Positions 25,651 to 40,005 of a stretch of DNA of 64,000 nt are shown piece after piece. The notes below the pieces were generated by a model. It was given only the letters and a program-made list of their open reading frames with translations, was not told the origin of the DNA and made no database searches. Within the stretch, counting starts at the first letter, position 1; each line of letters begins with the position of its first letter. The position numbers and the translations under genes are program-made. The stretch lies in the NCBI RefSeq assembly GCF_050920415.1, contig NZ_CP169309.1; one strand, 5' to 3'. Origin of the DNA: Escherichia coli. Lineage in GTDB: Bacteria > Pseudomonadota > Gammaproteobacteria > Enterobacterales > Enterobacteriaceae.

Positions 25651-26566
25651 GAATCTTGACCTTTTTTGCTGTTATCGCCACTCCCTGCCGTGGAAGTCAG
25701 CTTAGAACAATGTACTCCCCCAGGACGGCGTTTTGAAGGTCTGCAGAATAAGATTTTGCCAGAGGGGAAGGCTTGATTGTGCTGTTAATAACTTAATAAT
25801 GGCAAAATAATTAGGTGTATATGCTTAATAATTAATGTTATGTAGTTAATTGTTCTGATTCTTAATTGTGGGTGTGGTTTTTTTATCTGTAAGATAATTG
25901 TTTGAAAATGCCTCGTTTAAGAATTCACTAATGAATCGTGATGATGATATTTCCGCATTACGGAGAGTTTAACAGCGTGATGATTTCCGAGGTGTCGTAA
26001 TGGGGGCAAGGTGTGAAACTATTGTTAAGCGGGATTAATGAATGAGGATGATGCTAATTAATTATTATTTAATATTCAAAAAGGTTTTGTTGTGCTTATT
26101 AATAATAGAAGATTACTTTGCCTAACATAACATAACTTTGCATCAGATAATTCGCAATGACCCTTATAAATAAAAGGTTTTTGGGGTAAAATGCTCGCAT
26201 AAATGACGGATCCCTGCTCTTGATGCCGCCTCACCATTGCTGTTTGTACGTGTTCGCGTATGACCAGCGATGCTGCACGAGAGTGGAACAAGGACTCACA
26301 TTTACATTTATACAAACACGCGCATGTCATAAATACAAAAGAGTGAGTAACTTAATAGATATGCGATTCCTGAAGATATATTCTGTGATCTACTTCAGGC
26401 ATTATAACGGAACAATGTGAGTCGCTTTTTTAGTGCAACTCATATGCATTTTTACTTTCGTCCGGGTTCCGGATGAAACTGCCAGGGAGGCACATTACAA
26501 ATGGAATTGCTTGTTTGTGTGTGCACAGCATTAACCAGCTCAGTACGAGCCGCCAGTAAGTGATAA

Positions 26567-27508
<942 letters not shown>

Positions 27509-27552
27509 TCGATGGACCATAGATAATTTCTAAGACAATAGTGTAAAAACGA

Positions 27553-27590
27553 GCCGCTGGGGGTGTTTTAAACCCCAGCGGCTTTTTTTT
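27553..27590 (+). terminator. intrinsic terminator after lrhA
   Basis: Hairpin GCCGCTGGGGG-N8-CCCCAGCGGC followed by T8. Confidence 0.7.
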
Positions 27591-28137
27591 AGTAAAAAGC
27601 CTTCCTCGTATCGTGCAGAACGCACAAAACTGTTCATTTTTCAATCACCAGAGATTCACGTCCCGAACGCACAAATAATCGCCTGAAAAAAATCACCTGC
27701 TACAATGATGTTAAAAAATACGTAAATTTGTTGCTGCGTTTTTGTTATGGAATGACAAAAGCGTGTCACAGATCAAGAAAATACTCTCTTTTGGGGGGAG
27801 GAATCGACACAAATTCCTGTCAAAATAGACCCGTATTTTTTCCATTGCTTCACAACGGACACGATTCAACAACATCTAATTATCCTGGAGTCGTCAAGGA
27901 TCTGGGGTGAAAGGGCATTAAATGCTAATGGTGTTGATATTATGTAAACTAATGTGAAGAAACTTTTGTTAAAGTTGACAAAAGGTTATAGAAAGGAGTA
28001 AAAGACCACATCAATTAGCTGTATAAAAGAGTTTCTACAGTGATTGTAAGGTTTTTTTTATTCCTCCCCATGAATCGATGTGGCGTCCATCTGCCGTGAA
28101 GAGCAGTGAATCTGGCGCTACTTTTGATGAGTAAGCA

Positions 28138-28581
28138 ATGAGTATGTCAACATCCACTGAAGTCATCGCTCATCACTGGGCATTCGCTATCTTTCTTATC
28201 GTTGCCATTGGCCTGTGTTGCCTGATGCTGGTAGGCGGTTGGTTTTTAGGCGGTCGCGCACGCGCGAGGTCGAAAAACGTTCCGTTTGAATCCGGTATCG
28301 ACTCGGTCGGCTCCGCCCGCTTACGCCTGTCCGCCAAGTTTTATCTGGTGGCCATGTTCTTCGTTATCTTCGACGTTGAAGCGCTGTATCTGTTCGCATG
28401 GTCAACTTCTATCCGCGAAAGCGGCTGGGTAGGCTTTGTGGAAGCTGCAATTTTTATTTTTGTGTTACTGGCAGGTCTGGTTTATCTGGTGCGTATTGGC
28501 GCGCTGGACTGGACGCCCGCGCGTTCACGCCGCGAGCGTATGAACCCGGAAACGAACAGTATCGCTAATCGTCAACGCTAA
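28138..28581 (+). CDS. nuoA: NADH:quinone oxidoreductase subunit A
   Basis: 147-aa membrane ORF; first gene of the 13-ORF nuoA-N block. Confidence 0.95.
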
Positions 28582-28596
28582 CCGCGAGGCATTAAG

Positions 28597-29259
28597 ATGG
28601 ATTATACGCTCACCCGCATAGATCCCAACGGTGAGAACGACCGTTACCCCCTGCAAAAGCAGGAGATCGTAACCGACCCTCTGGAGCAAGAAGTTAACAA
28701 AAACGTGTTTATGGGCAAGCTCAATGACATGGTTAACTGGGGTCGTAAAAACTCAATTTGGCCGTATAACTTCGGTCTTTCCTGCTGTTACGTTGAGATG
28801 GTGACTTCGTTTACCGCGGTGCATGACGTGGCACGTTTTGGCGCAGAAGTATTGCGTGCTTCGCCGCGTCAGGCTGACCTGATGGTGGTTGCAGGAACCT
28901 GCTTTACCAAAATGGCACCGGTTATTCAGCGTCTGTATGACCAGATGCTGGAACCAAAATGGGTTATCTCAATGGGGGCCTGTGCCAACTCTGGCGGTAT
29001 GTACGATATTTATTCCGTTGTGCAGGGCGTCGATAAATTCATTCCGGTTGATGTGTATATCCCGGGCTGCCCGCCACGTCCTGAAGCGTACATGCAGGCA
29101 TTGATGCTGTTGCAGGAATCTATCGGCAAAGAACGTCGTCCGCTCTCATGGGTGGTTGGCGATCAGGGCGTTTATCGCGCCAACATGCAATCAGAGCGCG
29201 AACGCAAGCGCGGTGAACGCATTGCCGTTACCAACCTGCGTACACCTGACGAGATTTAA
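28597..29259 (+). CDS. nuoB: NADH:quinone oxidoreductase subunit B
   Basis: 220-aa ORF with the N2 4Fe-4S cluster cysteines (CCYVEM ... GCPP). Confidence 0.95.
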
Positions 29260-29364
29260 TTTGCGCCTGTCGGCAAAGGGATTTTTCTTCGCTTATTCCT
29301 AAATCTATTTCGCGAAGCTTACTGCGCCGACAGTCACCACGGACCATTTGCAATGGTGAACAAT

Positions 29365-31155
29365 ATGACCGACTTAACCGCGCAAGAACCCGCCTGGCAG
29401 ACCCGCGATCATCTTGATGATCCGGTGATTGGCGAACTGCGCAACCGTTTTGGGCCGGATGCCTTTACTGTTCAGGCGACTCGCACCGGGGTTCCCGTTG
29501 TGTGGATCAAGCGTGAACAATTACTGGAAGTGGGTGATTTCTTAAAGAAACTGCCGAAACCTTACGTCATGCTGTTTGACTTACACGGCATGGACGAACG
29601 TCTGCGCACACACCGCGAAGGGTTACCTGCCGCGGATTTTTCCGTTTTCTACCATCTGATATCTATTGATCGTAACCGCGACATCATGCTGAAGGTGGCG
29701 CTGGCAGAAAACGACCTGCACGTACCGACCTTCACCAAGCTGTTCCCGAACGCTAACTGGTATGAGCGTGAAACCTGGGATCTGTTTGGCATTACTTTCG
29801 ACGGTCACCCCAATTTGCGCCGCATCATGATGCCGCAAACCTGGAAAGGTCACCCGCTGCGTAAAGATTACCCGGCGCGCGCTACCGAATTCTCGCCGTT
29901 TGAGCTGACCAAAGCCAAACAGGATCTGGAGATGGAAGCCCTGACCTTCAAACCGGAAGAGTGGGGGATGAAGCGCGGCACCGAAAATGAAGACTTCATG
30001 TTCCTCAACCTCGGTCCGAACCACCCGTCGGCGCACGGTGCTTTCCGTATCGTTTTGCAGCTCGATGGCGAAGAGATTGTCGACTGCGTACCAGACATCG
30101 GTTACCACCACCGTGGCGCGGAGAAAATGGGCGAGCGCCAGTCATGGCACAGCTACATTCCGTATACCGACCGTATCGAATATCTCGGTGGCTGTGTTAA
30201 CGAGATGCCGTATGTACTGGCGGTAGAGAAACTGGCCGGGATCACCGTACCAGATCGCGTTAACGTCATTCGCGTAATGCTTTCTGAGCTGTTCCGCATC
30301 AACAGCCACCTGCTGTATATCTCGACCTTTATTCAGGATGTCGGCGCGATGACGCCAGTGTTCTTCGCCTTTACCGATCGTCAGAAAATTTACGATCTGG
30401 TGGAAGCAATCACTGGTTTCCGTATGCACCCGGCGTGGTTCCGTATTGGCGGCGTAGCGCACGACCTGCCGCGTGGCTGGGATCGCCTGCTGCGTGAGTT
30501 CCTCGACTGGATGCCGAAACGTCTGGCGTCTTATGAGAAAGCGGCGCTGCAAAACACCATTTTGAAAGGCCGTTCCCAGGGCGTAGCCGCCTACGGCGCG
30601 AAAGAGGCGCTGGAGTGGGGCACCACCGGTGCTGGTTTGCGCGCTACCGGGATCGACTTCGATGTGCGTAAGGCGCGTCCTTATTCTGGCTATGAAAACT
30701 TCGACTTTGAAATCCCGGTTGGTGGTGGTGTTTCTGACTGCTACACCCGCGTAATGCTGAAAGTGGAAGAACTGCGTCAGAGTCTGCGCATTCTTGAGCA
30801 GTGCCTCAACAACATGCCGGAAGGCCCGTTCAAAGCGGATCACCCGCTGACCACGCCGCCGCCGAAAGAGCGCACGTTGCAACATATCGAAACCCTGATC
30901 ACCCACTTCCTGCAAGTGTCGTGGGGGCCGGTGATGCCTGCCAATGAATCTTTCCAGATGATTGAGGCGACCAAAGGGATCAACAGTTACTACCTGACCA
31001 GCGACGGCAGCACCATGAGTTATCGCACCCGTATCCGTACGCCGAGTTATGCGCATTTGCAGCAAATTCCGGCGGCGATCCGCGGCAGCCTGGTGTCTGA
31101 CCTGATTGTTTATCTGGGCAGTATCGATTTTGTTATGTCAGATGTGGACCGCTAA
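29365..31155 (+). CDS. nuoC: NADH:quinone oxidoreductase fused subunit C/D
   Basis: Fused 30-kDa and 49-kDa subunit domains; start chosen at the ATG preceded by a GGTGA Shine-Dalgarno (MTDLTAQEP), track ORF starts at 29353. Confidence 0.93.
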
Positions 31156-31157
31156 TT

Positions 31158-31658
31158 ATGCACGAGAATCAACAACCACAAACCGAGGCTTTTGAGCTGA
31201 GTGCGGCTGAGCGTGAAGCGATTGAGCACGAGATGCACCACTACGAAGACCCGCGTGCGGCGTCCATTGAAGCGCTGAAAATCGTTCAGAAACAGCGTGG
31301 ATGGGTGCCAGACGGCGCGATCCACGCGATCGCTGACGTTCTGGGTATTCCCGCAAGTGATGTCGAAGGCGTGGCTACTTTCTACAGCCAGATCTTCCGC
31401 CAGCCGGTTGGTCGCCATGTGATCCGTTATTGCGACAGCGTGGTCTGTCACATTAACGGTTACCAGGGCATTCAGGCGGCGCTGGAGAAAAAACTGAACA
31501 TCAAACCAGGGCAAACGACGTTTGACGGGCGCTTTACGCTGCTGCCAACTTGCTGCCTGGGGAACTGCGACAAAGGGCCAAACATGATGATCGATGAGGA
31601 CACTCACGCGCATCTGACTCCGGAAGCGATTCCTGAACTGCTGGAGCGGTATAAATGA
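31158..31658 (+). CDS. nuoE: NADH:quinone oxidoreductase subunit E
   Basis: 166-aa ORF with 2Fe-2S thioredoxin-like cysteine pattern. Confidence 0.95.
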
Positions 31659-32992
31659 AAAACATTATCCGTACTCCCGAAACGCATCCGCTGACCTGGC
31701 GTCTGCGTGATGACAAACAGCCAGTGTGGCTGGACGAATATCGCAGCAAAAACGGTTACGAAGGCGCGCGTAAGGCGCTGACCGGGCTGTCTCCGGACGA
31801 GATCGTCAATCAGGTTAAAGACGCTGGCCTGAAAGGGCGCGGCGGTGCGGGCTTCTCGACTGGCCTGAAATGGAGCCTGATGCCGAAAGACGAATCCATG
31901 AACATCCGTTACCTGCTGTGTAACGCCGATGAAATGGAGCCGGGCACTTATAAAGACCGCCTGCTGATGGAGCAACTGCCGCACCTGCTGGTGGAAGGTA
32001 TGCTCATCTCCGCATTTGCGCTGAAAGCTTACCGTGGCTACATCTTCTTGCGTGGCGAATATATCGAGGCGGCAGTGAATCTGCGCCGTGCCATTGCCGA
32101 AGCCACCGAAGCAGGGCTGCTCGGCAAAAACATTATGGGAACAGGTTTCGATTTCGAACTGTTCGTCCATACCGGGGCAGGGCGCTACATCTGCGGGGAA
32201 GAAACAGCGTTAATCAACTCCCTGGAAGGGCGTCGCGCTAACCCACGCTCGAAGCCCCCCTTCCCGGCAACCTCTGGCGTTTGGGGCAAACCGACCTGTG
32301 TCAACAACGTCGAAACCCTGTGTAACGTTCCGGCGATCCTCGCTAACGGCGTGGAGTGGTATCAGAACATCTCGAAAAGCAAAGATGCTGGCACCAAGCT
32401 GATGGGCTTCTCCGGTCGGGTGAAAAATCCGGGCCTGTGGGAACTGCCGTTCGGCACTACCGCACGCGAGATCCTCGAAGATTACGCCGGTGGTATGCGT
32501 GACGGCCTAAAATTCAAAGCCTGGCAGCCAGGCGGTGCGGGCACTGACTTCCTGACCGAAGCGCACCTTGATCTGCCGATGGAATTCGAAAGTATCGGTA
32601 AAGCGGGCAGCCGTCTGGGTACGGCGCTGGCGATGGCGGTTGATCACGAGATCAACATGGTGTCGCTGGTACGAAACCTGGAAGAGTTTTTCGCCCGTGA
32701 GTCCTGCGGCTGGTGTACGCCGTGCCGTGATGGTCTGCCGTGGAGCGTGAAAATTCTGCGCGCGCTGGAGCGTGGCGAAGGTCAGCCGGGTGATATCGAA
32801 ACACTTGAGCAACTGTGTCGATTCTTGGGTCCGGGTAAAACTTTCTGTGCCCACGCACCTGGTGCAGTGGAGCCGTTACAGAGCGCCATCAAATATTTCC
32901 GCGAAGAATTTGAGGCGGGAATCAAACAGCCGTTCAGCAATACCCATTTGATTAATGGGATTCAGCCGAACCTGCTGAAAGAGCGCTGGTAA
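31655..32992 (+). CDS. nuoF: NADH:quinone oxidoreductase subunit F (NADH- and FMN-binding)
   Basis: 445-aa ORF with glycine-rich nucleotide-binding region and C-terminal 4Fe-4S cysteines. Confidence 0.95.
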   Translation: MKNIIRTPETHPLTWRLRDDKQPVWLDEYRSKNGYEGARKALTGLSPDEIVNQVKDAGLKGRGGAGFSTGLKWSLMPKDESMNIRYLLCNADEMEPGTYKDRLLMEQLPHLLVEGMLISAFALKAYRGYIFLRGEYIEAAVNLRRAIAEATEAGLLGKNIMGTGFDFELFVHTGAGRYICGEETALINSLEGRRANPRSKPPFPATSGVWGKPTCVNNVETLCNVPAILANGVEWYQNISKSKDAGTKLMGFSGRVKNPGLWELPFGTTAREILEDYAGGMRDGLKFKAWQPGGAGTDFLTEAHLDLPMEFESIGKAGSRLGTALAMAVDHEINMVSLVRNLEEFFARESCGWCTPCRDGLPWSVKILRALERGEGQPGDIETLEQLCRFLGPGKTFCAHAPGAVEPLQSAIKYFREEFEAGIKQPFSNTHLINGIQPNLLKERW

Positions 32993-33044
32993 CCGAATTT
33001 CGATTAACGCTCAGTCTCTGACTGAGAAAACTGGAAGCATGCTA

Positions 33045-35771
33045 ATGGCTACAATTCATGTAGACGGCAAAGAATATGAGGTTAACGGAGCGGACAACCT
33101 GCTGGAAGCTTGTCTGTCTCTGGGCCTTGATATTCCTTACTTTTGCTGGCATCCGGCGCTGGGAAGCGTCGGTGCTTGCCGCCAGTGTGCGGTGAAGCAA
33201 TACCAAAACGCGGAAGACACGCGTGGTCGCCTGGTGATGTCCTGTATGACACCGGCTTCCGATGGCACCTTTATTTCCATTGACGACGAAGAAGCGAAAC
33301 AGTTCCGTGAAAGCGTGGTCGAGTGGTTGATGACCAACCACCCGCACGATTGTCCGGTATGTGAAGAGGGCGGTAACTGCCATCTTCAGGATATGACCGT
33401 GATGACCGGACACAGCTTCCGTCGCTACCGTTTCACCAAACGTACCCACCGCAATCAGGATCTGGGGCCGTTCATCTCTCACGAAATGAACCGTTGCATC
33501 GCCTGCTACCGCTGCGTGCGTTACTACAAAGATTACGCTGACGGTACAGATCTGGGCGTTTACGGTGCACATGACAACGTCTACTTCGGTCGCCCGGAAG
33601 ACGGCACCCTGGAAAGCGAATTCTCCGGTAACCTGGTCGAAATTTGCCCGACCGGCGTATTCACCGACAAAACGCACTCCGAGCGTTATAACCGTAAATG
33701 GGATATGCAGTTTGCGCCGAGCATCTGCCAGCAATGTTCCATCGGCTGTAACATCAGCCCCGGCGAGCGTTATGGCGAACTGCGTCGTATCGAAAACCGT
33801 TACAACGGTACGGTAAACCACTACTTCCTCTGCGACCGAGGTCGTTTCGGTTACGGCTACGTCAACCTGAAAGACCGTCCGCGTCAGCCAGTACAGCGTC
33901 GTGGCGATGATTTCATTACCCTCAACGCCGAACAGGCAATGCAGGGCGCGGCAGATATTCTGCGTCAGTCGAAGAAAGTCATCGGCATCGGTTCTCCGCG
34001 TGCCAGCGTGGAAAGCAACTTTGCGCTGCGTGAGCTGGTGGGCGAAGAAAACTTCTACACCGGTATCGCTCACGGTGAGCAGGAACGTCTGCAACTGGCG
34101 CTAAAAGTGCTGCGCGAAGGCGGCATTTATACTCCGGCCTTACGCGAAATTGAATCTTACGATGCGGTACTGGTGCTGGGCGAAGACGTTACCCAGACCG
34201 GCGCGCGCGTTGCGCTGGCAGTGCGTCAGGCGGTGAAAGGTAAAGCACGCGAAATGGCGGCAGCACAAAAAGTGGCTGACTGGCAGATTGCGGCAATCCT
34301 CAACATTGGCCAACGTGCGAAGCATCCGCTGTTTGTGACTAACGTTGATGACACCCGTTTGGATGATATCGCGGCGTGGACTTACCGCGCACCGGTTGAA
34401 GATCAGGCGCGTTTAGGTTTTGCCATTGCTCATGCGTTGGATAACTCCGCGCCAGCGGTTGAGGGTATCGAGCCTGAACTGCAAAGCAAAATCGACGTCA
34501 TCGTGCAGGCACTGGCAGGTGCGAAGAAACCGTTAATTATCTCCGGGACAAACGCTGGTAGCGCTGAAGTGATTCAGGCAGCGGCTAACGTGGCGAAAGC
34601 CCTGAAAGGTCGCGGCGCTGACGTCGGTATCACCATGATTGCCCGTTCCGTCAACAGCATGGGGCTGGGCATTATGGGCGGTGGATCGCTTGAAGAAGCG
34701 TTGACCGAACTGGAAACCGGACGCGCCGACGCGGTGGTGGTGCTGGAGAACGATCTGCATCGTCACGCTTCCGCTACCCGCGTGAATGCTGCGCTGGCGA
34801 AAGCGCCGCTGGTGATGGTGGTTGACCATCAACGCACAGCGATTATGGAAAACGCCCATCTGGTACTTTCCGCCGCCAGCTTTGCTGAAAGCGACGGTAC
34901 GGTGATCAACAACGAAGGCCGCGCCCAACGTTTCTTCCAGGTTTACGATCCGGCTTATTACGACAGCAAAACTGTGATGCTGGAAAGCTGGCGCTGGCTG
35001 CACTCGCTGCACAGTACCCTGCTGAGCCGTGAAGTGGACTGGACGCAGCTCGACCATGTGATTGACGCCGTTGTGGCGAAAATCCCGGAACTGGCGGGAA
35101 TCAAAGATGCTGCGCCGGATGCGACATTCCGTATTCGTGGTCAGAAACTGGCCCGTGAGCCGCACCGTTACAGTGGTCGTACCGCCATGCGCGCCAACAT
35201 CAGCGTTCATGAGCCGCGTCAGCCGCAGGATATTGACACCATGTTCACCTTCTCAATGGAGGGTAACAACCAGCCGACCGCGCACCGTTCGCAAGTGCCG
35301 TTTGCCTGGGCGCCGGGCTGGAACTCCCCGCAGGCGTGGAACAAATTCCAGGACGAAGTGGGCGGCAAACTGCGTTTTGGCGATCCGGGCGTGCGTCTGT
35401 TTGAAACCAGCGAAAACGGTCTGGATTACTTCACCAGCGTACCGGCACGCTTCCAGCCGCAGGAAGGGAAATGGCGTATCGCGCCGTACTACCACTTGTT
35501 TGGCAGCGATGAATTGTCACAGCGTGCTCCGGTCTTCCAGAGCCGTATGCCGCAGCCGTACATCAAACTCAACCCCGCGGATGCCGCGAAGTTGGGGGTG
35601 AACGGGGGTACACGCGTCTCCTTTAGTTACGATGGCAACACGGTCACGCTGCCGGTTGAAATCGCCGAAGGACTGACGGCAGGGCAGGTGGGCTTGCCGA
35701 TGGGCATGTCCGGCATTGCTCCGGTGCTGGCTGGCGCGCATCTTGAGGATCTCAAGGAGGCACAACAATGA
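33045..35771 (+). CDS. nuoG: NADH:quinone oxidoreductase subunit G
   Basis: 908 aa from [11 protein letters not shown]; N-terminal 2Fe-2S and 4Fe-4S cysteine clusters, molybdopterin-oxidoreductase-like C-terminal part. Confidence 0.95.
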   Translation: MATIHVDGKEYEVNGADNLLEACLSLGLDIPYFCWHPALGSVGACRQCAVKQYQNAEDTRGRLVMSCMTPASDGTFISIDDEEAKQFRESVVEWLMTNHPHDCPVCEEGGNCHLQDMTVMTGHSFRRYRFTKRTHRNQDLGPFISHEMNRCIACYRCVRYYKDYADGTDLGVYGAHDNVYFGRPEDGTLESEFSGNLVEICPTGVFTDKTHSERYNRKWDMQFAPSICQQCSIGCNISPGERYGELRRIENRYNGTVNHYFLCDRGRFGYGYVNLKDRPRQPVQRRGDDFITLNAEQAMQGAADILRQSKKVIGIGSPRASVESNFALRELVGEENFYTGIAHGEQERLQLALKVLREGGIYTPALREIESYDAVLVLGEDVTQTGARVALAVRQAVKGKAREMAAAQKVADWQIAAILNIGQRAKHPLFVTNVDDTRLDDIAAWTYRAPVEDQARLGFAIAHALDNSAPAVEGIEPELQSKIDVIVQALAGAKKPLIISGTNAGSAEVIQAAANVAKALKGRGADVGITMIARSVNSMGLGIMGGGSLEEALTELETGRADAVVVLENDLHRHASATRVNAALAKAPLVMVVDHQRTAIMENAHLVLSAASFAESDGTVINNEGRAQRFFQVYDPAYYDSKTVMLESWRWLHSLHSTLLSREVDWTQLDHVIDAVVAKIPELAGIKDAAPDATFRIRGQKLAREPHRYSGRTAMRANISVHEPRQPQDIDTMFTFSMEGNNQPTAHRSQVPFAWAPGWNSPQAWNKFQDEVGGKLRFGDPGVRLFETSENGLDYFTSVPARFQPQEGKWRIAPYYHLFGSDELSQRAPVFQSRMPQPYIKLNPADAAKLGVNGGTRVSFSYDGNTVTLPVEIAEGLTAGQVGLPMGMSGIAPVLAGAHLEDLKEAQQ

Positions 35772-36745
35772 GTTGGATATCACCGGAACTGATTGAGATC
35801 CTGCTGACCATCCTCAAAGCGGTGGTGATCCTGCTGGTGGTTGTCACCTGCGGGGCATTCATGAGCTTTGGCGAACGTCGCCTGCTGGGTCTGTTCCAGA
35901 ACCGTTACGGACCTAACCGTGTTGGCTGGGGCGGTTCGCTCCAGCTGGTCGCGGACATGATCAAAATGTTCTTTAAAGAAGACTGGATCCCGAAATTCTC
36001 GGATCGCGTCATCTTTACTCTGGCACCGATGATTGCCTTTACCTCGCTGCTGCTGGCCTTTGCGATTGTACCAGTCAGTCCGGGTTGGGTGGTTGCCGAC
36101 CTGAACATCGGGATTTTGTTCTTCCTGATGATGGCAGGTCTGGCGGTTTACGCGGTGCTGTTTGCGGGCTGGTCAAGTAACAACAAATACTCGCTGCTGG
36201 GTGCGATGCGTGCTTCTGCGCAGACCCTGAGCTACGAAGTGTTCCTCGGGCTTTCCCTGATGGGCGTGGTGGCGCAGGCCGGTTCATTCAACATGACCGA
36301 CATCGTTAACAGCCAGGCGCACGTGTGGAACGTCATCCCGCAATTCTTTGGTTTTATTACCTTTGCCATCGCGGGCGTGGCGGTGTGTCACCGTCACCCG
36401 TTTGACCAGCCGGAAGCCGAGCAGGAACTGGCGGATGGTTACCACATTGAGTATTCCGGCATGAAGTTCGGACTGTTCTTCGTGGGCGAATACATCGGGA
36501 TTGTGACCATCTCCGCATTGATGGTGACGCTGTTCTTCGGTGGCTGGCAAGGCCCGTTCTTACCGCCATTCATCTGGTTCGCGCTGAAAACCGCGTTCTT
36601 TATGATGATGTTCATTTTGATTCGTGCGTCGTTACCGCGTCCGCGTTATGACCAGGTAATGTCCTTCGGCTGGAAAATCTGTCTGCCGCTGACGCTGATC
36701 AACTTGCTGGTAACGGCGGCTGTCATTCTCTGGCAGGCGCAATAA
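35768..36745 (+). CDS. nuoH: NADH:quinone oxidoreductase subunit H
   Basis: 325-aa polytopic membrane ORF overlapping the nuoG stop. Confidence 0.95.
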
Positions 36746-36759
36746 GGGGCACTAAGACC

Positions 36760-37302
36760 ATGACCTTAAAAGAATTGTTAGTAGGTTTCGGCACCCAGGT
36801 TCGTAGTATCTGGATGATCGGCCTGCACGCGTTCGCCAAACGCGAAACGCGAATGTACCCGGAAGAGCCGGTCTATCTGCCGCCCCGTTATCGTGGTCGC
36901 ATCGTTCTGACCCGCGACCCGGACGGCGAAGAGCGTTGCGTAGCCTGTAACCTCTGCGCGGTCGCCTGCCCGGTCGGCTGTATCTCGCTGCAAAAAGCAG
37001 AAACCAAAGACGGTCGCTGGTATCCGGAATTTTTCCGCATCAACTTCTCACGCTGCATTTTCTGTGGTCTGTGCGAAGAAGCCTGTCCGACCACGGCGAT
37101 TCAGTTAACCCCGGATTTCGAAATGGGGGAATACAAGCGCCAGGATCTGGTTTATGAGAAAGAGGATCTGCTGATCTCCGGTCCGGGCAAATACCCGGAA
37201 TATAACTTCTACCGGATGGCAGGTATGGCAATCGACGGCAAAGATAAGGGCGAAGCAGAGAACGAAGCCAAGCCTATCGACGTCAAGAGCCTGTTACCGT
37301 AA
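36760..37302 (+). CDS. nuoI: NADH:quinone oxidoreductase subunit I
   Basis: 180-aa ORF with two CxxCxxCxxxCP ferredoxin motifs. Confidence 0.95.
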
Positions 37303-37313
37303 GGAGAGGGGCA

Positions 37314-37868
37314 ATGGAGTTCGCTTTTTATATCTGTGGCCTGATAGCCATACTTGCGACCTTGCGAGTGATCACCCATACCAATCCGGTACACGCATTG
37401 CTGTACCTGATTATTTCGCTGCTGGCGATTTCCGGGGTGTTCTTCTCACTGGGCGCTTACTTCGCCGGTGCGCTGGAAATTATCGTCTACGCGGGTGCCA
37501 TTATGGTGCTGTTCGTGTTCGTGGTGATGATGCTCAACCTGGGCGGTTCGGAAATCGAACAGGAACGCCAGTGGCTGAAACCGCAGGTGTGGATTGGTCC
37601 GGCAATTTTGTCAGCCATCATGCTGGTGGTGATTGTTTACGCCATTCTCGGTGTTAACGATCAGGGTATCGACGGTACGCCAATCAGTGCTAAAGCAGTG
37701 GGTATTACGCTGTTCGGGCCTTACGTACTGGCGGTGGAACTGGCTTCTATGCTGCTGCTGGCTGGTCTGGTTGTGGCCTTCCACGTCGGTCGTGAAGAGC
37801 GTGCGGGTGAAGTGCTGAGCAATCGTAAAGACGACAGCGCGAAAAGAAAAACGGAGGAGCACGCATGA
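37314..37868 (+). CDS. nuoJ: NADH:quinone oxidoreductase subunit J
   Basis: 184-aa membrane ORF. Confidence 0.95.
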
Positions 37869-38167
37869 TCCCCTTACAACATGGACTGATCCTCGCGGCA
37901 ATCTTATTCGTTCTTGGCTTAACCGGTCTGGTTATCCGTCGCAATCTGCTCTTTATGCTGATTGGTCTGGAAATCATGATTAACGCCTCTGCGCTGGCCT
38001 TTGTGGTCGCCGGAAGCTACTGGGGTCAGACCGACGGTCAGGTGATGTACATTCTCGCCATCAGCCTCGCGGCGGCGGAAGCGAGTATCGGCCTTGCGCT
38101 GCTGCTGCAACTTCACCGTCGTCGCCAGAACCTGAACATCGATTCAGTAAGTGAGATGCGCGGATGA
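37865..38167 (+). CDS. nuoK: NADH:quinone oxidoreductase subunit K
   Basis: 100-aa three-helix membrane ORF overlapping nuoJ stop. Confidence 0.95.
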
Positions 38168-40005
38168 ACATGCTTGCCTTAACCATTATTTTGCCATTGA
38201 TTGGCTTCGTCCTGCTGGCGTTCTCCCGTGGGCGCTGGTCTGAAAACGTCTCAGCGATCGTGGGCGTTGGCTCTGTGGGCCTGGCGGCGCTGGTAACTGC
38301 CTTTATCGGCGTTGACTTCTTCGCTAACGGTGAGCAGGCATACAGCCAGCCGCTGTGGACATGGATGTCGGTAGGCGACTTTAACATCGGTTTCAATCTG
38401 GTGCTGGACGGCCTGTCGCTGACCATGCTCTCGGTGGTCACCGGTGTCGGTTTCCTTATTCACATGTACGCCTCCTGGTACATGCGTGGTGAAGAGGGCT
38501 ACTCTCGCTTCTTCGCCTACACCAACCTGTTCATCGCCAGCATGGTGGTTCTGGTTCTTGCTGACAACCTGCTGTTGATGTACCTCGGCTGGGAAGGCGT
38601 TGGCCTGTGCTCCTATCTGTTGATCGGTTTCTATTACACCGATCCGAAGAATGGCGCAGCGGCAATGAAAGCGTTTGTCGTGACCCGTGTGGGTGACGTG
38701 TTCCTCGCTTTCGCGCTGTTCATTCTCTACAACGAACTGGGCACCCTGAACTTCCGTGAAATGGTGGAACTGGCACCCGCGCACTTTGCTGACGGCAATA
38801 ACATGCTGATGTGGGCGACGCTGATGCTGCTGGGCGGTGCGGTTGGTAAATCTGCGCAGCTGCCGTTGCAGACATGGCTTGCCGACGCGATGGCGGGCCC
38901 GACGCCTGTCTCCGCGCTGATCCACGCCGCAACGATGGTAACCGCGGGTGTCTACCTGATCGCCCGTACCCACGGCCTGTTCCTGATGACACCAGAAGTT
39001 CTGCATCTGGTGGGTATTGTCGGGGCAGTTACGCTGCTGCTGGCCGGTTTTGCCGCGCTGGTACAGACCGATATCAAACGTGTTCTCGCTTACTCTACCA
39101 TGAGCCAGATTGGCTACATGTTCCTCGCGCTTGGCGTACAGGCATGGGATGCGGCGATTTTCCACTTGATGACCCACGCGTTCTTTAAAGCGCTGCTGTT
39201 CCTGGCATCCGGTTCCGTCATTCTGGCCTGCCATCACGAACAGAACATCTTCAAGATGGGCGGTCTGCGTAAATCTATTCCGCTGGTTTATCTCTGCTTC
39301 CTGGTGGGTGGTGCAGCACTGTCGGCACTGCCGCTGGTTACTGCGGGCTTCTTCAGTAAGGATGAGATCCTCGCCGGTGCGATGGCGAATGGTCATATCA
39401 ATCTGATGGTGGCAGGTCTGGTCGGTGCGTTTATGACCTCGCTCTACACCTTCCGTATGATTTTCATCGTCTTCCACGGGAAAGAACAAATTCACGCTCA
39501 CGCCGTGAAAGGGATTACTCACAGCCTGCCGCTGATTGTGCTGCTGATCCTTTCCACCTTCGTTGGCGCACTGATTGTACCGCCGCTGCAGGGCGTGCTT
39601 CCGCAAACTACGGAACTGGCGCACGGCAGCATGTTGACCCTGGAAATTACCTCTGGCGTGGTCGCGGTGGTTGGTATTCTGCTGGCAGCCTGGCTGTGGC
39701 TGGGTAAACGTACTCTGGTGACCTCCATCGCCAACAGTGCGCCGGGCCGTCTGCTGGGTACCTGGTGGTACAACGCCTGGGGCTTTGACTGGCTGTACGA
39801 CAAAGTGTTCGTCAAGCCGTTCCTGGGTATTGCCTGGTTGCTGAAACGCGATCCGCTGAACTCAATGATGAACATCCCGGCTGTCCTTTCCCGCTTTGCA
39901 GGTAAAGGTCTGCTGTTAAGCGAGAACGGTTATCTGCGCTGGTATGTGGCATCCATGAGCATCGGTGCGGTCGTGGTGCTGGCACTGTTGATGGTACTGC
40001 GTTGA
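38164..40005 (+). CDS. nuoL: NADH:quinone oxidoreductase subunit L
   Basis: 613-aa antiporter-like membrane subunit. Confidence 0.95.

Noticed and set aside
26076-26420. 84-aa (minus) and 66-aa (plus) ORFs in the alaA-lrhA intergenic region
   Set aside because: AT-rich, no RBS, Cys/His-rich random-looking translations; more likely non-coding regulatory DNA.
30142-31065. 307-aa minus-strand ORF
   Set aside because: Antisense shadow ORF inside nuoC.
33042-34094. 350-aa minus-strand ORF
   Set aside because: Antisense shadow ORF inside nuoG.
38251-39624. 457-aa minus-strand ORF (and 40392-41201, 42378-42875)
   Set aside because: Antisense shadow ORFs inside nuoL, nuoM and nuoN; Arg/His/Gln-rich with no membrane-protein character, while the sense frames encode well-defined Nuo subunits.
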